Shown in pieces: positions 40,421 to 49,286 of a DNA stretch of 64,000 bases (position 1 is its first letter; each line of letters begins with the position of its first letter). The notes under the pieces were generated by a model that searched no databases, was not told the DNA's origin, and saw only the letters and a program-made list of their open reading frames with translations. Where the stretch lies: positions 16,958 to 80,957 of the forward strand of contig JAURXV010000053.1 in the NCBI GenBank assembly GCA_030654195.1, written 5' to 3'. The stretch is from Syntrophales bacterium. GTDB taxonomy: Bacteria > Desulfobacterota > Syntrophia > Syntrophales > UBA5619. A program made the translations under genes and the position numbers.

Positions 40421-41623
40421 AAGTTTCAGCAGGGCCAGCCTGATCCGTTCGACTCCTTTTTCGATCTGTTCCATCGAGGTCGCATAGGAGATGCGGATGT
40501 GGTCGTCATGGCCAAAATCCCCTCCGGGAACCAGGGCAACGTTCGCCTCATCCAGCAGGTAAGTCGCCATTTCGGCAGAATTTCGGATGACCTTATGGGG
40601 ACAGATTTCAAATCTGTCCCCACGCTCGTAATAGGATCCCACATCGGGAAAGACGTAGAAAGCGCCCTGGGGTTTGAGACAGGTTACGCCGGGAATGGCC
40701 GTCAGCCTCTCGACAATGAGATCCCTTCTCTTCTGGAACTCCCGCGCCATCACCCCCACGCCCTCCTGGGGTCCGTTCAGCGCCTCGACAGCCGCCTTCT
40801 GGGCAATGGAGGTCGGGTTGGAGGTGTTCTGGCTCTGGTACTTCGTCATAGCGGAGACGATCTCCTCGGATCCGGCGGCATAACCGATCCGCCAGCCCGT
40901 CATGGAATAGCTCTTGGAGACCCCGTTGATCACGATGGAAACGCGCTTCAGTTCATCGCTTAGCGATGCCAGCGTGAAAAACGGCTGATCGTCATAGATG
41001 ATCTTCTCGTAGATATCGTCGGAGATGATCATGATCCCCTTCCGGAGGATCACCGCGGCCAGTTCCTCCAATTCCCTTCGGCTGTAGCAGACGCCGGCCG
41101 GGTTGGAAGGATAGCTGATGATAATCGCGCGGGTCCTCGGCGTGATGGCCGCCTCTAATTGCGAAGGCTGCAGCTTGAAGCCGTCGCCGACACGCGTTCG
41201 GATAACCACCGGCTTTGCGCCGGTCAGGTAGACGATATCGGGATAGGAGACCCAGTAGGGCGAAGGAATCAGTACCTCATCCCCCTCCTCGAACAGGACT
41301 TGGGCGACATTGAAAAGCGAGTGTTTGGCTCCGCAGGAGATCACGATTTCCGACCGTCGGTAGGTCAGCTGATTGTCCCGCTGGAGTTTGGCGATGACCG
41401 CATCCTTCAGTTCGTCCGTACCGCCCACGGGGGTGTACTTGGTAAAGCCCGCATGGATGGCTCGGATGGCGGCCTCTTTGATGTTCAGGGGTGTGTCAAA
41501 GTCAGGCTCTCCGGCCCCGAAGCCGATGATGTCCCTTCCTGACGCTTTCAACGCGTTGGCCTTGGCCTGGATGGTCAGCGTCGGCGACGGTTTGATGAGC
41601 GCAATTCTGGATGCCAATTTCAT
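40412..41623 (-). CDS. Pyridoxal-phosphate-dependent aminotransferase, class I (aspartate aminotransferase-like)
   Basis: 403 aa. GAGEPDFDTP...SYPSNPAG...NGVSKSYSMTGWRIGY (PLP lysine motif SKSYSMTGWR)...RISYATS. Confidence 0.9.
   Translation of the reverse strand: MKLASRIALIKPSPTLTIQAKANALKASGRDIIGFGAGEPDFDTPLNIKEAAIRAIHAGFTKYTPVGGTDELKDAVIAKLQRDNQLTYRRSEIVISCGAKHSLFNVAQVLFEEGDEVLIPSPYWVSYPDIVYLTGAKPVVIRTRVGDGFKLQPSQLEAAITPRTRAIIISYPSNPAGVCYSRRELEELAAVILRKGIMIISDDIYEKIIYDDQPFFTLASLSDELKRVSIVINGVSKSYSMTGWRIGYAAGSEEIVSAMTKYQSQNTSNPTSIAQKAAVEALNGPQEGVGVMAREFQKRRDLIVERLTAIPGVTCLKPQGAFYVFPDVGSYYERGDRFEICPHKVIRNSAEMATYLLDEANVALVPGGDFGHDDHIRISYATSMEQIEKGVERIRLALLKLKY
40597..40621. repeat. GGGGACAGATTT-C-AAATCTGTCCCC palindromic element located inside the aminotransferase CDS
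   Basis: 25-nt palindrome with 12-bp arms. The 31-nt string ccttatggggacagatttcaaatctgtcccc (40591-40621) is identical to intergenic 42127-42157. It is translated in-frame as ...RGDRFEICPHK.... Confidence 0.85.
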
Positions 41624-42117
41624 ACGATTCCCCTTTTTGATGAATATCTCTCCTGCAATTTCTGATAAACGATCTCCGGCACAAGCCCTTTCACGGAACC
41701 GCCCAAGCTGGCCGCTTCATTAATGATCGTCGAACTGATATAAAACCACTTGTATCCGGTCATCAGGAAAATGGTCTCGACGTCACGGTTCAACCGGCGG
41801 TTGATGAGGGCAAGCTGAAACTCATATTCAAAATCGGAAAGGGCTCGGAGCCCCCGGAGAATCACGTTCGCCCCTGCCACTTTCACATATTCCACCAGAA
41901 GTCCGTCGAAACTGTCGACACGTACATTCTTGAAGTCCCGAATCACCTCCCGGATCATCCCCACCCTCTCCTCCACGGAAAAGAGCGTCTTCTTGTTCGC
42001 ATTGTGGGCGATCAAAACGATGAGCTCATCAAACACCCCGAGACCGCGTTTGATGATGTCCACATGACCGTTGGTGATCGGATCAAACGAACCGGGGTAT
42101 ACCGCTATCTTCTTCAT
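41620..42117 (-). CDS. coaD: Phosphopantetheine adenylyltransferase
   Basis: 165 aa. MKKIAVYPGSFDPITNGHVDII is the canonical CoaD N-terminus. Confidence 0.95.
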   Translation of the reverse strand: MKKIAVYPGSFDPITNGHVDIIKRGLGVFDELIVLIAHNANKKTLFSVEERVGMIREVIRDFKNVRVDSFDGLLVEYVKVAGANVILRGLRALSDFEYEFQLALINRRLNRDVETIFLMTGYKWFYISSTIINEAASLGGSVKGLVPEIVYQKLQERYSSKRGIV

Positions 42118-42126
42118 AGTTTATTC

Positions 42127-42181
42127 CCTTATGGGGACAGATTTCAAATCTGTCCCCTTTTAAGATTTGAAATCTGTCCCC
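42127..42181. repeat. GGGGACAGATTT...TGTCCCC palindromic element plus adjacent half-copy
   Basis: Full palindrome at 42133-42157, then agatttgaaatctgtcccc at 42163-42181. The half-copy encodes the last residues (LKGTDFKS) and the stop codon of rsmD. Confidence 0.85.
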
Positions 42182-42723
42182 TTAAGAAATGTCAATACCG
42201 TGTCACCGTACCGTCTCTGATCCGCCACCACCCATGGCTGCGCCTGCAGCCCCTCCGGTTTTTCTCTCGCCGAATGCTGGATCACGATGATTCCATTCTC
42301 TGTTAGAGCTTTTCTCATATCGGGCCACGCCAGCGTCTCCAGGGCCAGACCCTGATCGTACGGCGGATCGGTGAAAATGATATCGAACCGATTCCCGCTT
42401 TGAACGAGACGCCCAAGTCCCCTCTCGGCATCCGCGGCAATGACCTCCGCCCTGGCCGCGAAACCGAGTTGAACAAGGCTCTCCTGGAGCGCACGGACCA
42501 GGCGGATATCCTTTTCCACGAATGTCGCAAAACGCGCCCCCCGGCTCAGCGCCTCCAGACCGACATTCCCGCTGCCGGCAAAGAGATCGAGGAAGGAAGT
42601 TCCCTCGACGGAATGAAGAATATTAAAAAGAGATTCCTTGACCCGATCGGCGGTAGGCCGGATGCGGCTTCCGGCGGGAAGACGGACCACCCTTCCCCTA
42701 AGCTCTCCCCCGATGATTCTCAT
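42160..42723 (-). CDS. rsmD: 16S rRNA (guanine966-N2)-methyltransferase
   Basis: 187 aa. MRIIGGELRGR...RPTADRVKESLFNIL...LDLFAGSGNVGLEALSRGA...IFTDPPY are RsmD hallmarks. Confidence 0.9.
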   Translation of the reverse strand: MRIIGGELRGRVVRLPAGSRIRPTADRVKESLFNILHSVEGTSFLDLFAGSGNVGLEALSRGARFATFVEKDIRLVRALQESLVQLGFAARAEVIAADAERGLGRLVQSGNRFDIIFTDPPYDQGLALETLAWPDMRKALTENGIIVIQHSAREKPEGLQAQPWVVADQRRYGDTVLTFLKGTDFKS

Positions 42724-43736
42724 AAATATTTACGGATCAAAATCTCAGCAATCTGAATGGCGTTCAACGCGGCGCCCTTCCGGATATTGTCCGCGACAAC
42801 CCACATGTTGATGCCGTTCGGAATGGATTCATCTTCCCGGATTCTTCCGACCAGCGTCTCATCATGGCCGGCGGCGTCAATCGCGAGCGGATACTGATTC
42901 CACTGCGGGTTGTCGACCACCCGGACGCCCGGCGCCGTCGAAAGGAGACTCCGGACCTCATCCGGGGTAATTTTTTTCTCCGTTTCGATGTTGACAGATT
43001 CGGAGTGGGCGTAGAAAACAGGCACCCGGACCGTCGTCGCCGTCACTGCAATCGAAGGGTCGTTCAGGATCTTCTTGGTCTCATTGACCATCTTCATTTC
43101 TTCCTTCGTATAACCGTTGTCGAGGAAAACATCAATATGCGGAAGGCAGTTGAAGGCGATCCGGTGCGGATAAACCTTGACGACCGGTTCCTTGCAGTTC
43201 ATCAGCGCCTGCGTCTGGAGGGAAAGTTCCTCAATCGCCTTTTTTCCCGTACCGGAAACGGCCTGGTAGGTGGAGACCACGATCCGTTTGATCCGAACCG
43301 CATCATGGATCGGTTTCAGCGCAACGACCATCTGAATCGTGGAACAGTTCGGGTTGGCGATGATTCCCCGGTTCTTGTAGAGGGCAATGGCCTCCGGATT
43401 CACCTCCGGAACAACCAGCGGGATCTCTGGCGTCATCCGGAAAGCGTTGGTATTGTCGATAACCACGCATCCGGCCCGTGCGGCGATGGGAGCAAACTTT
43501 TCGCTGAGGCTGCCCCCAGCGGAGAAAAGGCCGATCTCGATCCCGGCAAAGGAGCTCTCCGTCAGCATCTCCACCGGCACGGATCTCCCCCGGAAGGAGA
43601 GCTCCTTCCCGATCGACCGCTCCGATGCGAGGAGCGTCAATTTTTCTACCGGAAAGTTACGCTCTTCAAGAATTCGGATCATTTCATTGCCCACGGCCCC
43701 CGTGGCGCCCACAACGGCAACATTGTAATTTTTCAT
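42720..43736 (-). CDS. asd: Aspartate-semialdehyde dehydrogenase
   Basis: ATG 43736 after GGAGGAG. MKNYNVAVVGATGAVG...NPNCSTIQMV (active-site Cys)...HSESVNIE. Confidence 0.95.
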   Translation of the reverse strand: MKNYNVAVVGATGAVGNEMIRILEERNFPVEKLTLLASERSIGKELSFRGRSVPVEMLTESSFAGIEIGLFSAGGSLSEKFAPIAARAGCVVIDNTNAFRMTPEIPLVVPEVNPEAIALYKNRGIIANPNCSTIQMVVALKPIHDAVRIKRIVVSTYQAVSGTGKKAIEELSLQTQALMNCKEPVVKVYPHRIAFNCLPHIDVFLDNGYTKEEMKMVNETKKILNDPSIAVTATTVRVPVFYAHSESVNIETEKKITPDEVRSLLSTAPGVRVVDNPQWNQYPLAIDAAGHDETLVGRIREDESIPNGINMWVVADNIRKGAALNAIQIAEILIRKYL

Positions 43737-43810
43737 ACCATACTCCTCCAACAATCGGGGACATGATGCCTCATCATGTCCCCACACTCCCCTTTTTGCC
43801 CCTTACTTTT

Positions 43811-44593
43811 CTACAGCGGATGATCCGGACATTGCGACTTTCTCGCCCGGAATTCAACCAACAACCTGCGGCCAAGCTTGAACAGGGCCCATGCCGGTCC
43901 TGAAAGGCTGTATCCGAAAGCGAACGTGAACAACATGATCTCAGGGTTGGCCACAACAATCACCAGAACCAGCACAATCACGACGAAGGACATAAACGGT
44001 TTTCGGGAGAAGAAATTGAGGTCCTTGAAACTGTAGTACTTGATGCTGCTGACCATGAACAGCGCTATCGCGACCATACCGATCATAATCGACCAGCTTG
44101 GGAAACGTCCCTCACCCCCCAGGTAGTAAAAAAGGATCACCCCCGTCGCCAGAACGGCAGCGCCCCCCGGAATGGGAAGTCCGTTGAAGAACCGGCTGTC
44201 GATGACGCCGATCTGGACATTGAATCGGGCCAAGCGGAGGGCGCCGCAAACGACAAAGAGGAATGCCGCCAACCATCCCAACTTGCCGTATGCGAGAAGC
44301 GACCAGTTGTATGCCAGAATGGCCGGCGCCACACCGAAGGTCACCAGATCACAGAGGGAATCATACTCACCGCCAAACTTGCTCGTCGTATGGGTAATGC
44401 GTGCAATTCTGCCGTCCAGACTGTCGAGAACCACCGCGATCAGGATCGTGACCGCCGCGATCTCATACATCCCTTTCATGGAGGCAATCGCGGAATAAAA
44501 GCCGCAGAACAGATTGGCCGTAGTAAAAAGATTCGGAAGGACATAGATCCCCTTTTTCATGCGGTCCCGCCTGAATGACGCACTGTTTCTCAT
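43811..44593 (-). CDS. pssA: CDP-diacylglycerol--serine O-phosphatidyltransferase
   Basis: CDP-alcohol phosphatidyltransferase motif DSLDGRIAR...GGEYDSLCD. Polytopic. The start ATG overlaps the psd stop (ATGA). Confidence 0.9.
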   Translation of the reverse strand: MRNSASFRRDRMKKGIYVLPNLFTTANLFCGFYSAIASMKGMYEIAAVTILIAVVLDSLDGRIARITHTTSKFGGEYDSLCDLVTFGVAPAILAYNWSLLAYGKLGWLAAFLFVVCGALRLARFNVQIGVIDSRFFNGLPIPGGAAVLATGVILFYYLGGEGRFPSWSIMIGMVAIALFMVSSIKYYSFKDLNFFSRKPFMSFVVIVLVLVIVVANPEIMLFTFAFGYSLSGPAWALFKLGRRLLVEFRARKSQCPDHPL

Positions 44594-45273
44594 GTCAGCT
44601 CTCCTATGGGCGTCTCCCCTGCCCGAACCTTATCCCCTGTCCGGACAAGAATCGTCGATTCAATCGGCAGAAACAGTTCGACCCGTGAACCGAACCGGAT
44701 CAGACCGAATCGTTCCCCTCTGCTCACCTGCATCCCTTCCTTCAGCCAGCAGACAATTCTTCTCGCGATCAATCCCGCGATCTGCACAATCATCATTTCA
44801 CGTCCATCCGCCGTACGCAGAAGGACGATATTCCTTTCGTTGAGCGCCGAGGCCTTATCGAGATTGGCCGACAGAAATTTCCCCGCCCGGTAGCGGATGA
44901 ACCGGACCTCACCCGAACAGGGGATCCGGTTGACATGAACATTGAAGACATTCATGAAGATGCTGATTTTCTGAAAAGTCCGGCCGGGCTGTTCGTCGCT
45001 GGTCGCTTTCTCAATCCGGATGACCCTCCCGTCCGCCGGAGATATGGCCAGACGCCCATTTTCCGGTGTCGTCCTCTGCGGATTGCGAAAGAACCAGACG
45101 ACAAAAGCGGTCACACCAAAAAGAACAAGGCCAACCCCATTGAAGCCGGAAACGAAGGCGATAACCGTTGCCCCCGCCAGCGGGATGATGAATGGAAGAC
45201 CTTCGCCAACAATGTAGCTGCTGTGATCGCTGTCGTTCGGCAAAATGCCCGCCTCCCGTAAAATGTGCTGCAA
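44590..45273 (-). CDS. psd: Phosphatidylserine decarboxylase proenzyme (short, Asd-type)
   Basis: 227 aa. Contains ...FMNVFNVHVNR... and the autocleavage-type motif FGSRVE. Confidence 0.85.
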   Translation of the reverse strand: MQHILREAGILPNDSDHSSYIVGEGLPFIIPLAGATVIAFVSGFNGVGLVLFGVTAFVVWFFRNPQRTTPENGRLAISPADGRVIRIEKATSDEQPGRTFQKISIFMNVFNVHVNRIPCSGEVRFIRYRAGKFLSANLDKASALNERNIVLLRTADGREMMIVQIAGLIARRIVCWLKEGMQVSRGERFGLIRFGSRVELFLPIESTILVRTGDKVRAGETPIGELT

Positions 45274-45446
45274 GCCGGTCCTTCCTTCAGCCGGTATCTC
45301 TACCCCTGATGATACTTGTCCAGTATGGCGAAAAAATGACCGTTCCTATAACCGAGGTAAACGCTACCGTAGTCTGATCCATATGTCAACCTCTTGTCTA
45401 TCGAAAGGGAGAGCTGCCCCTCGCCTATTTCACGCCGTTATTCTCC

Positions 45447-45481
45447 GCTGGGGACACCTTGCGTCAAGGTGTCCCCAGCGG
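45447..45481. repeat. GGGGACACCTTG...CAAGGTGTCCCC palindromic element
   Basis: cgctggggacaccttg-cgt-caaggtgtccccagcg, with 16-bp perfect arms. The right arm encodes the last residues (RPLGTP) and the stop of tsaB. Confidence 0.85.
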
Positions 45482-46138
45482 GCGAAGGTATCTTGGGGAG
45501 AAGGTCAGCGGATCCTCGGTTCGCCCGTGTTGATACCGGTGAAAGCCGATCAGCCCCACAGCCGACGCGTTGAGCCGGCAGCAACGGCAGGTATGGAGAA
45601 CGGATCCCCGCACCCCCTCTTCAGAGATCTGCTTCTGATAGAGAACGGCCGCTTCGCCGACAAAATCGACCTCTTCATCGGCCAGTGTCTTTACCAGAAA
45701 CCCGATATCGGTTAATCGGTCCGGGGCAACGGCTTCCGGAAGACCATCCGGACCCATCCGGTACAGACCCGCATAAACCTGATTCTTCCGGGCATCCAGG
45801 AGTGGACAGATCAGCCTCCGGGAGGGGAAGGCGTTCATGGCCAGCGCCTCAAGCGTGGAGACCCCGACGATCGGCTTCCCCGTGGCGAGTGCCAGGCCTT
45901 TGATGGTGCTCACCCCGATCCGCACTCCGGTGAACGAACCGGGTCCGGTCGTGCAGGCCAGAAGATCGATCCGTTCCGTCGTCAGCCCCGCCAACAAAAA
46001 GAGCCTCTCCAGCGCCGGCAGCAGAACCTCCGCGTGGCCTACTCCCGCATCCAGATAGAGCTCGGCGAGAATCTTCTGCTGATCGAGGAAGGCTATCCCC
46101 ATCGTTTTGGTCGCACACTCAATCGCCAGGGTGATCAT
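45464..46138 (-). CDS. tsaB: tRNA threonylcarbamoyladenosine biosynthesis protein TsaB (YeaZ)
   Basis: 224 aa. MITLAIECATKTMGIAF...TGPGSFTGVRIGVSTIKGLA is the typical TsaB core. Confidence 0.85.
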   Translation of the reverse strand: MITLAIECATKTMGIAFLDQQKILAELYLDAGVGHAEVLLPALERLFLLAGLTTERIDLLACTTGPGSFTGVRIGVSTIKGLALATGKPIVGVSTLEALAMNAFPSRRLICPLLDARKNQVYAGLYRMGPDGLPEAVAPDRLTDIGFLVKTLADEEVDFVGEAAVLYQKQISEEGVRGSVLHTCRCCRLNASAVGLIGFHRYQHGRTEDPLTFSPRYLRPLGTP

Positions 46139-46140
46139 CG

Positions 46141-47235
46141 CTATCCGGTAAATGCGCGAATAAAATCGTTAATAAACTTGATATTCAACCGCTCAATATC
46201 CAGCATGAAGACAAAAATCATCAGCAGAATCAGCAGGGCAAAACCGACCTGCTGGGCCATTTCCCGCCAGCGGAGATTGACTTCGTGACCGGTTAGCGCT
46301 TCAATTCCGTAGAACAGGAGATGGCCGCCGTCCAGTACCGGAATGGGCAGGAGGTTCAGGATCGCCAGGTTGATGCTCAACAGGGCCATGAACAGCAAAA
46401 ATGGGACGATCCCCTCTTTCACCTGTGCGCCCGCGATCTGAGCGATGAGGATCGGTCCACCCATCGTCTTCAGCGAAATGACCCCCTGAAACATCTTGAC
46501 GATGCTGATCACGGTCAGTTTGCTGATCATCCATGTCTGGCGGATGCCTTCTCCGAAGGCCGACAGCGGATTGCGTCTCTGGACGACGGTATGGGACGAT
46601 GGGGAAATGCCGATCTTGAAGGATTCCACCTCTTCCCCAAAAAGATTGCGGGTTTTCATCGCTTTGGGTGTCACCGTGATCTCCCGGGGCAAACCGTCTC
46701 TCTGCACGGTGATCAAAAGCGGCATCCCGTTGCTTTTCGATACGATTTCGGAGATCTCATCCCATTTCGTCACGGCCTTTCCGCCGATGACCGTGATTCG
46801 ATCCCCTGCCCTAATCCCGGATTCCATCGCGGCGGAATCCGGATGCACCATCCCGATTTCGGCCGTCATTACGGGAAGTCCAATCATGTTGACGAGGGTA
46901 AATATCGTCAGCGCCAGCAGGAGATTGAAGACCGGTCCTGCCGCCACAATGGCGATTCTTTTCCAGACCGTCTGTGTCAAAAAGGACCTTTTTCGATCCA
47001 CCTCGGCCAACTCTTCTCCGGGGGATTCCCCGAGGAGCTTTACATATCCGCCGAGCGGGATCAGGGAGAGGAGATATTCCGTTTCCCCGATCTTTCTGCC
47101 GAGGATCCGCGGACCGAAACCGAGGGAAAATTTCAGGACTCCGACACCCGCCCGTTTGGCCATCAGAAAATGGCCGAGTTCATGGGCAAAGATCAGGACA
47201 CCCAGCAACACAATTACCGATGCAATACTAATCAA
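46141..47235 (-). CDS. rseP: RIP metalloprotease RseP (site-2 protease, M50 family)
   Basis: 364 aa. HELGHF zinc motif near the N-terminus, a PDZ region, and NLLPIPVLDGG. Confidence 0.9.
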   Translation of the reverse strand: MISIASVIVLLGVLIFAHELGHFLMAKRAGVGVLKFSLGFGPRILGRKIGETEYLLSLIPLGGYVKLLGESPGEELAEVDRKRSFLTQTVWKRIAIVAAGPVFNLLLALTIFTLVNMIGLPVMTAEIGMVHPDSAAMESGIRAGDRITVIGGKAVTKWDEISEIVSKSNGMPLLITVQRDGLPREITVTPKAMKTRNLFGEEVESFKIGISPSSHTVVQRRNPLSAFGEGIRQTWMISKLTVISIVKMFQGVISLKTMGGPILIAQIAGAQVKEGIVPFLLFMALLSINLAILNLLPIPVLDGGHLLFYGIEALTGHEVNLRWREMAQQVGFALLILLMIFVFMLDIERLNIKFINDFIRAFTG

Positions 47236-48392
47236 TTTATTATTCCTTTAATACTATTCCGGGCCTCTTCCCTCGCCTGCCGGTCCGCGGCGAGGATATC
47301 CTCGATCCGCGGTTCCACCCGAACGCGATGTCGGGAAAGGACCTTGTCAACCAGATGGCTGATCTCGTTAAAGCCGATCTCTTCATCGATGAACGCCGTC
47401 ACCGCGACTTCATTCGCCGCATTCAAAACGGCCGGCATCGTTCCGCCGGTTTCCGCCGCCGCATACGCCAACCTCAAGGCGGGAAAGCGAACCGGATCGG
47501 GTCTAAGAAAAGTGAGTGCGCCCACGTTCACAAGATCGAGGCCGGCTTCAGCCCGGATCATGCGGCGCGGGTAGGAGAGGGCGTAGGCAATGGGAACCCT
47601 CATGTCCGGAATCCCTAACTGGGCGATCACGCTCCCGTCCCGGTACTCGACCAACGAATGGATGATGCTCTGGGGGTGTATCAGGACATCGATCTTCGAC
47701 ATGGGCAAGCCGAAGAGCCACGAGGCTTCGATCACCTCCAGCCCCTTGTTCATCATCGTCGCCGAATCGATCGTGATCTTCTTGCCCATGGCCCAGTTGG
47801 GGTGCCTCAGGGCCTTTTCCGGGGTAACCTCCGCCAGCTCTTCGGCAGAGGCATGGAGGAAAGGGCCGCCGGAGGCCGTCAGAATGATCCGGCGGAGATC
47901 TTCCCGATTGTGCCCCTGCAGGCATTGGAAGATCGCGCTGTGCTCACTGTCGACCGGGATGATGGTCACCCCTTTTTGGACCGCGTTGTTAAGAACAATG
48001 CCGCCCGCCATTACGAGCGTCTCTTTGTTGGCCAGAGCGATGTCCCTTCCCGCCGCAATCGCATCCAGGGTCGGGAGCAGGCCGGCCGCTCCGACCATGG
48101 CGGAGACCACCATATCCGTACCTTCAACCGCAGCCGTTTGCCGATACCCTTCCGGTCCGGAGAGAATCCCGGTGGTCGCCGCGCCCAACAGAGTCCGGAG
48201 GTCGCTCGCATGCTCCTCATCGATCACCGCAACCAGACGCGGTCGAAACCGTTCGATCTGCTGCTTCAGCAGGGCGATGTTTCGGCCTCCGGCAAGGGCG
48301 GTGATGGTAAACTCCCCAGGATGGGCGCCGACGACGTCCAGTGTGCTGACCCCGATTGAACCGGTGGAGCCGAGGATGGAGATCCTTTTCAT
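47232..48392 (-). CDS. dxr: 1-deoxy-D-xylulose 5-phosphate reductoisomerase
   Basis: The ORF-track 647-aa frame is an upstream extension. ATG 48392 (ATGA overlap with the cdsA stop) gives MKRISILGSTGSIGVSTLDVV... at 386 aa, with the ...NKGLEVIEA... and ...HPNW.MG... motifs. Confidence 0.95.
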   Translation of the reverse strand: MKRISILGSTGSIGVSTLDVVGAHPGEFTITALAGGRNIALLKQQIERFRPRLVAVIDEEHASDLRTLLGAATTGILSGPEGYRQTAAVEGTDMVVSAMVGAAGLLPTLDAIAAGRDIALANKETLVMAGGIVLNNAVQKGVTIIPVDSEHSAIFQCLQGHNREDLRRIILTASGGPFLHASAEELAEVTPEKALRHPNWAMGKKITIDSATMMNKGLEVIEASWLFGLPMSKIDVLIHPQSIIHSLVEYRDGSVIAQLGIPDMRVPIAYALSYPRRMIRAEAGLDLVNVGALTFLRPDPVRFPALRLAYAAAETGGTMPAVLNAANEVAVTAFIDEEIGFNEISHLVDKVLSRHRVRVEPRIEDILAADRQAREEARNSIKGIIN

Positions 48393-49231
48393 CGGATAAC
48401 AAATTCCTGATAATAGAAGACAAACGGCGTAATGAACATCAGGCAATCCAACCGGTCGAGGATACCCCCATGACCGGGAAGGATTACGCCGGAATCCTTG
48501 ACCCCCGCCGCCCGCTTCAAGGCAGACTCTGAAAGATCGCCAAGCTGCCCTACCACACTTCCCACCAGTCCGAGAATGGCGGCATGCGTCACCGTCAACA
48601 CGGGGAAAAACCATTGCCGGAAAAGCAGGCACCCGACAACGCTGCCGGCAATCAGACCGATCGTCCCCTCGACGGTCTTTCCGGGACTGACCTCGGGGAG
48701 AAGTTTTCGTTTTCCCAGCCGCCGCCCCACATAGTAGGCGGCAACATCCCCTGCAAAGGCCAGGACCAGAATGAAAAAAATCCACAGGACGCCCGATTGC
48801 GTCCGGCGGATCAGGATGAAGTGGGACATCAAAACGGGGATGTATAATATCCCGAGGAGCGCCCGTCCGGCAGGCGCCATGTCCAATCCCTTTTCCCGGA
48901 TTCGAAGGAGGTTGAGCATCATAACCGCCATGACGGAAAAGGTGAGCAGGGCTAAAAGCAGCGTCATATCCCCGGAGACCGCCGTCAGCAGGATCAGCAG
49001 CGCGCTCGCCATCGTCACTATTTTTTCTGCGGAGAGACCTTTGCCGAACGCCATCCGGTTGTATTCGTACATCCCTGCAAGCGAGACCATCATGATCAGA
49101 ACGGCAAAGAATTCCCTTCCGCCGTAAGCAATGATCCCAAACAGGATCGGAACGGCGATCAAAGCCGTGATCCATCTTTTCACGTGAGGAGACATACCTT
49201 TTCTCTCAGACGCGGACGCCGTCAACATCAT
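48389..49231 (-). CDS. cdsA: Phosphatidate cytidylyltransferase
   Basis: Polytopic, with the C-terminal signature SALKRAAGVKDSGVILPGHGGILDRLD. The start is uncertain (49231, 49228 or 49195). Confidence 0.9.
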   Translation of the reverse strand: MMLTASASERKGMSPHVKRWITALIAVPILFGIIAYGGREFFAVLIMMVSLAGMYEYNRMAFGKGLSAEKIVTMASALLILLTAVSGDMTLLLALLTFSVMAVMMLNLLRIREKGLDMAPAGRALLGILYIPVLMSHFILIRRTQSGVLWIFFILVLAFAGDVAAYYVGRRLGKRKLLPEVSPGKTVEGTIGLIAGSVVGCLLFRQWFFPVLTVTHAAILGLVGSVVGQLGDLSESALKRAAGVKDSGVILPGHGGILDRLDCLMFITPFVFYYQEFVIR

Positions 49232-49286
49232 CGATCCCCGGGGTCGCCCATATCGGCCGTCTGGGCGGACGCATGGCGCTCATCTA

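Noticed and set aside
47232-49175. 647-aa ORF treated as one gene
   Set aside because: Only the C-terminal 386 aa (from ATG 48392) is Dxr. The upstream part is an out-of-frame overlap with cdsA and has shadow-ORF composition.
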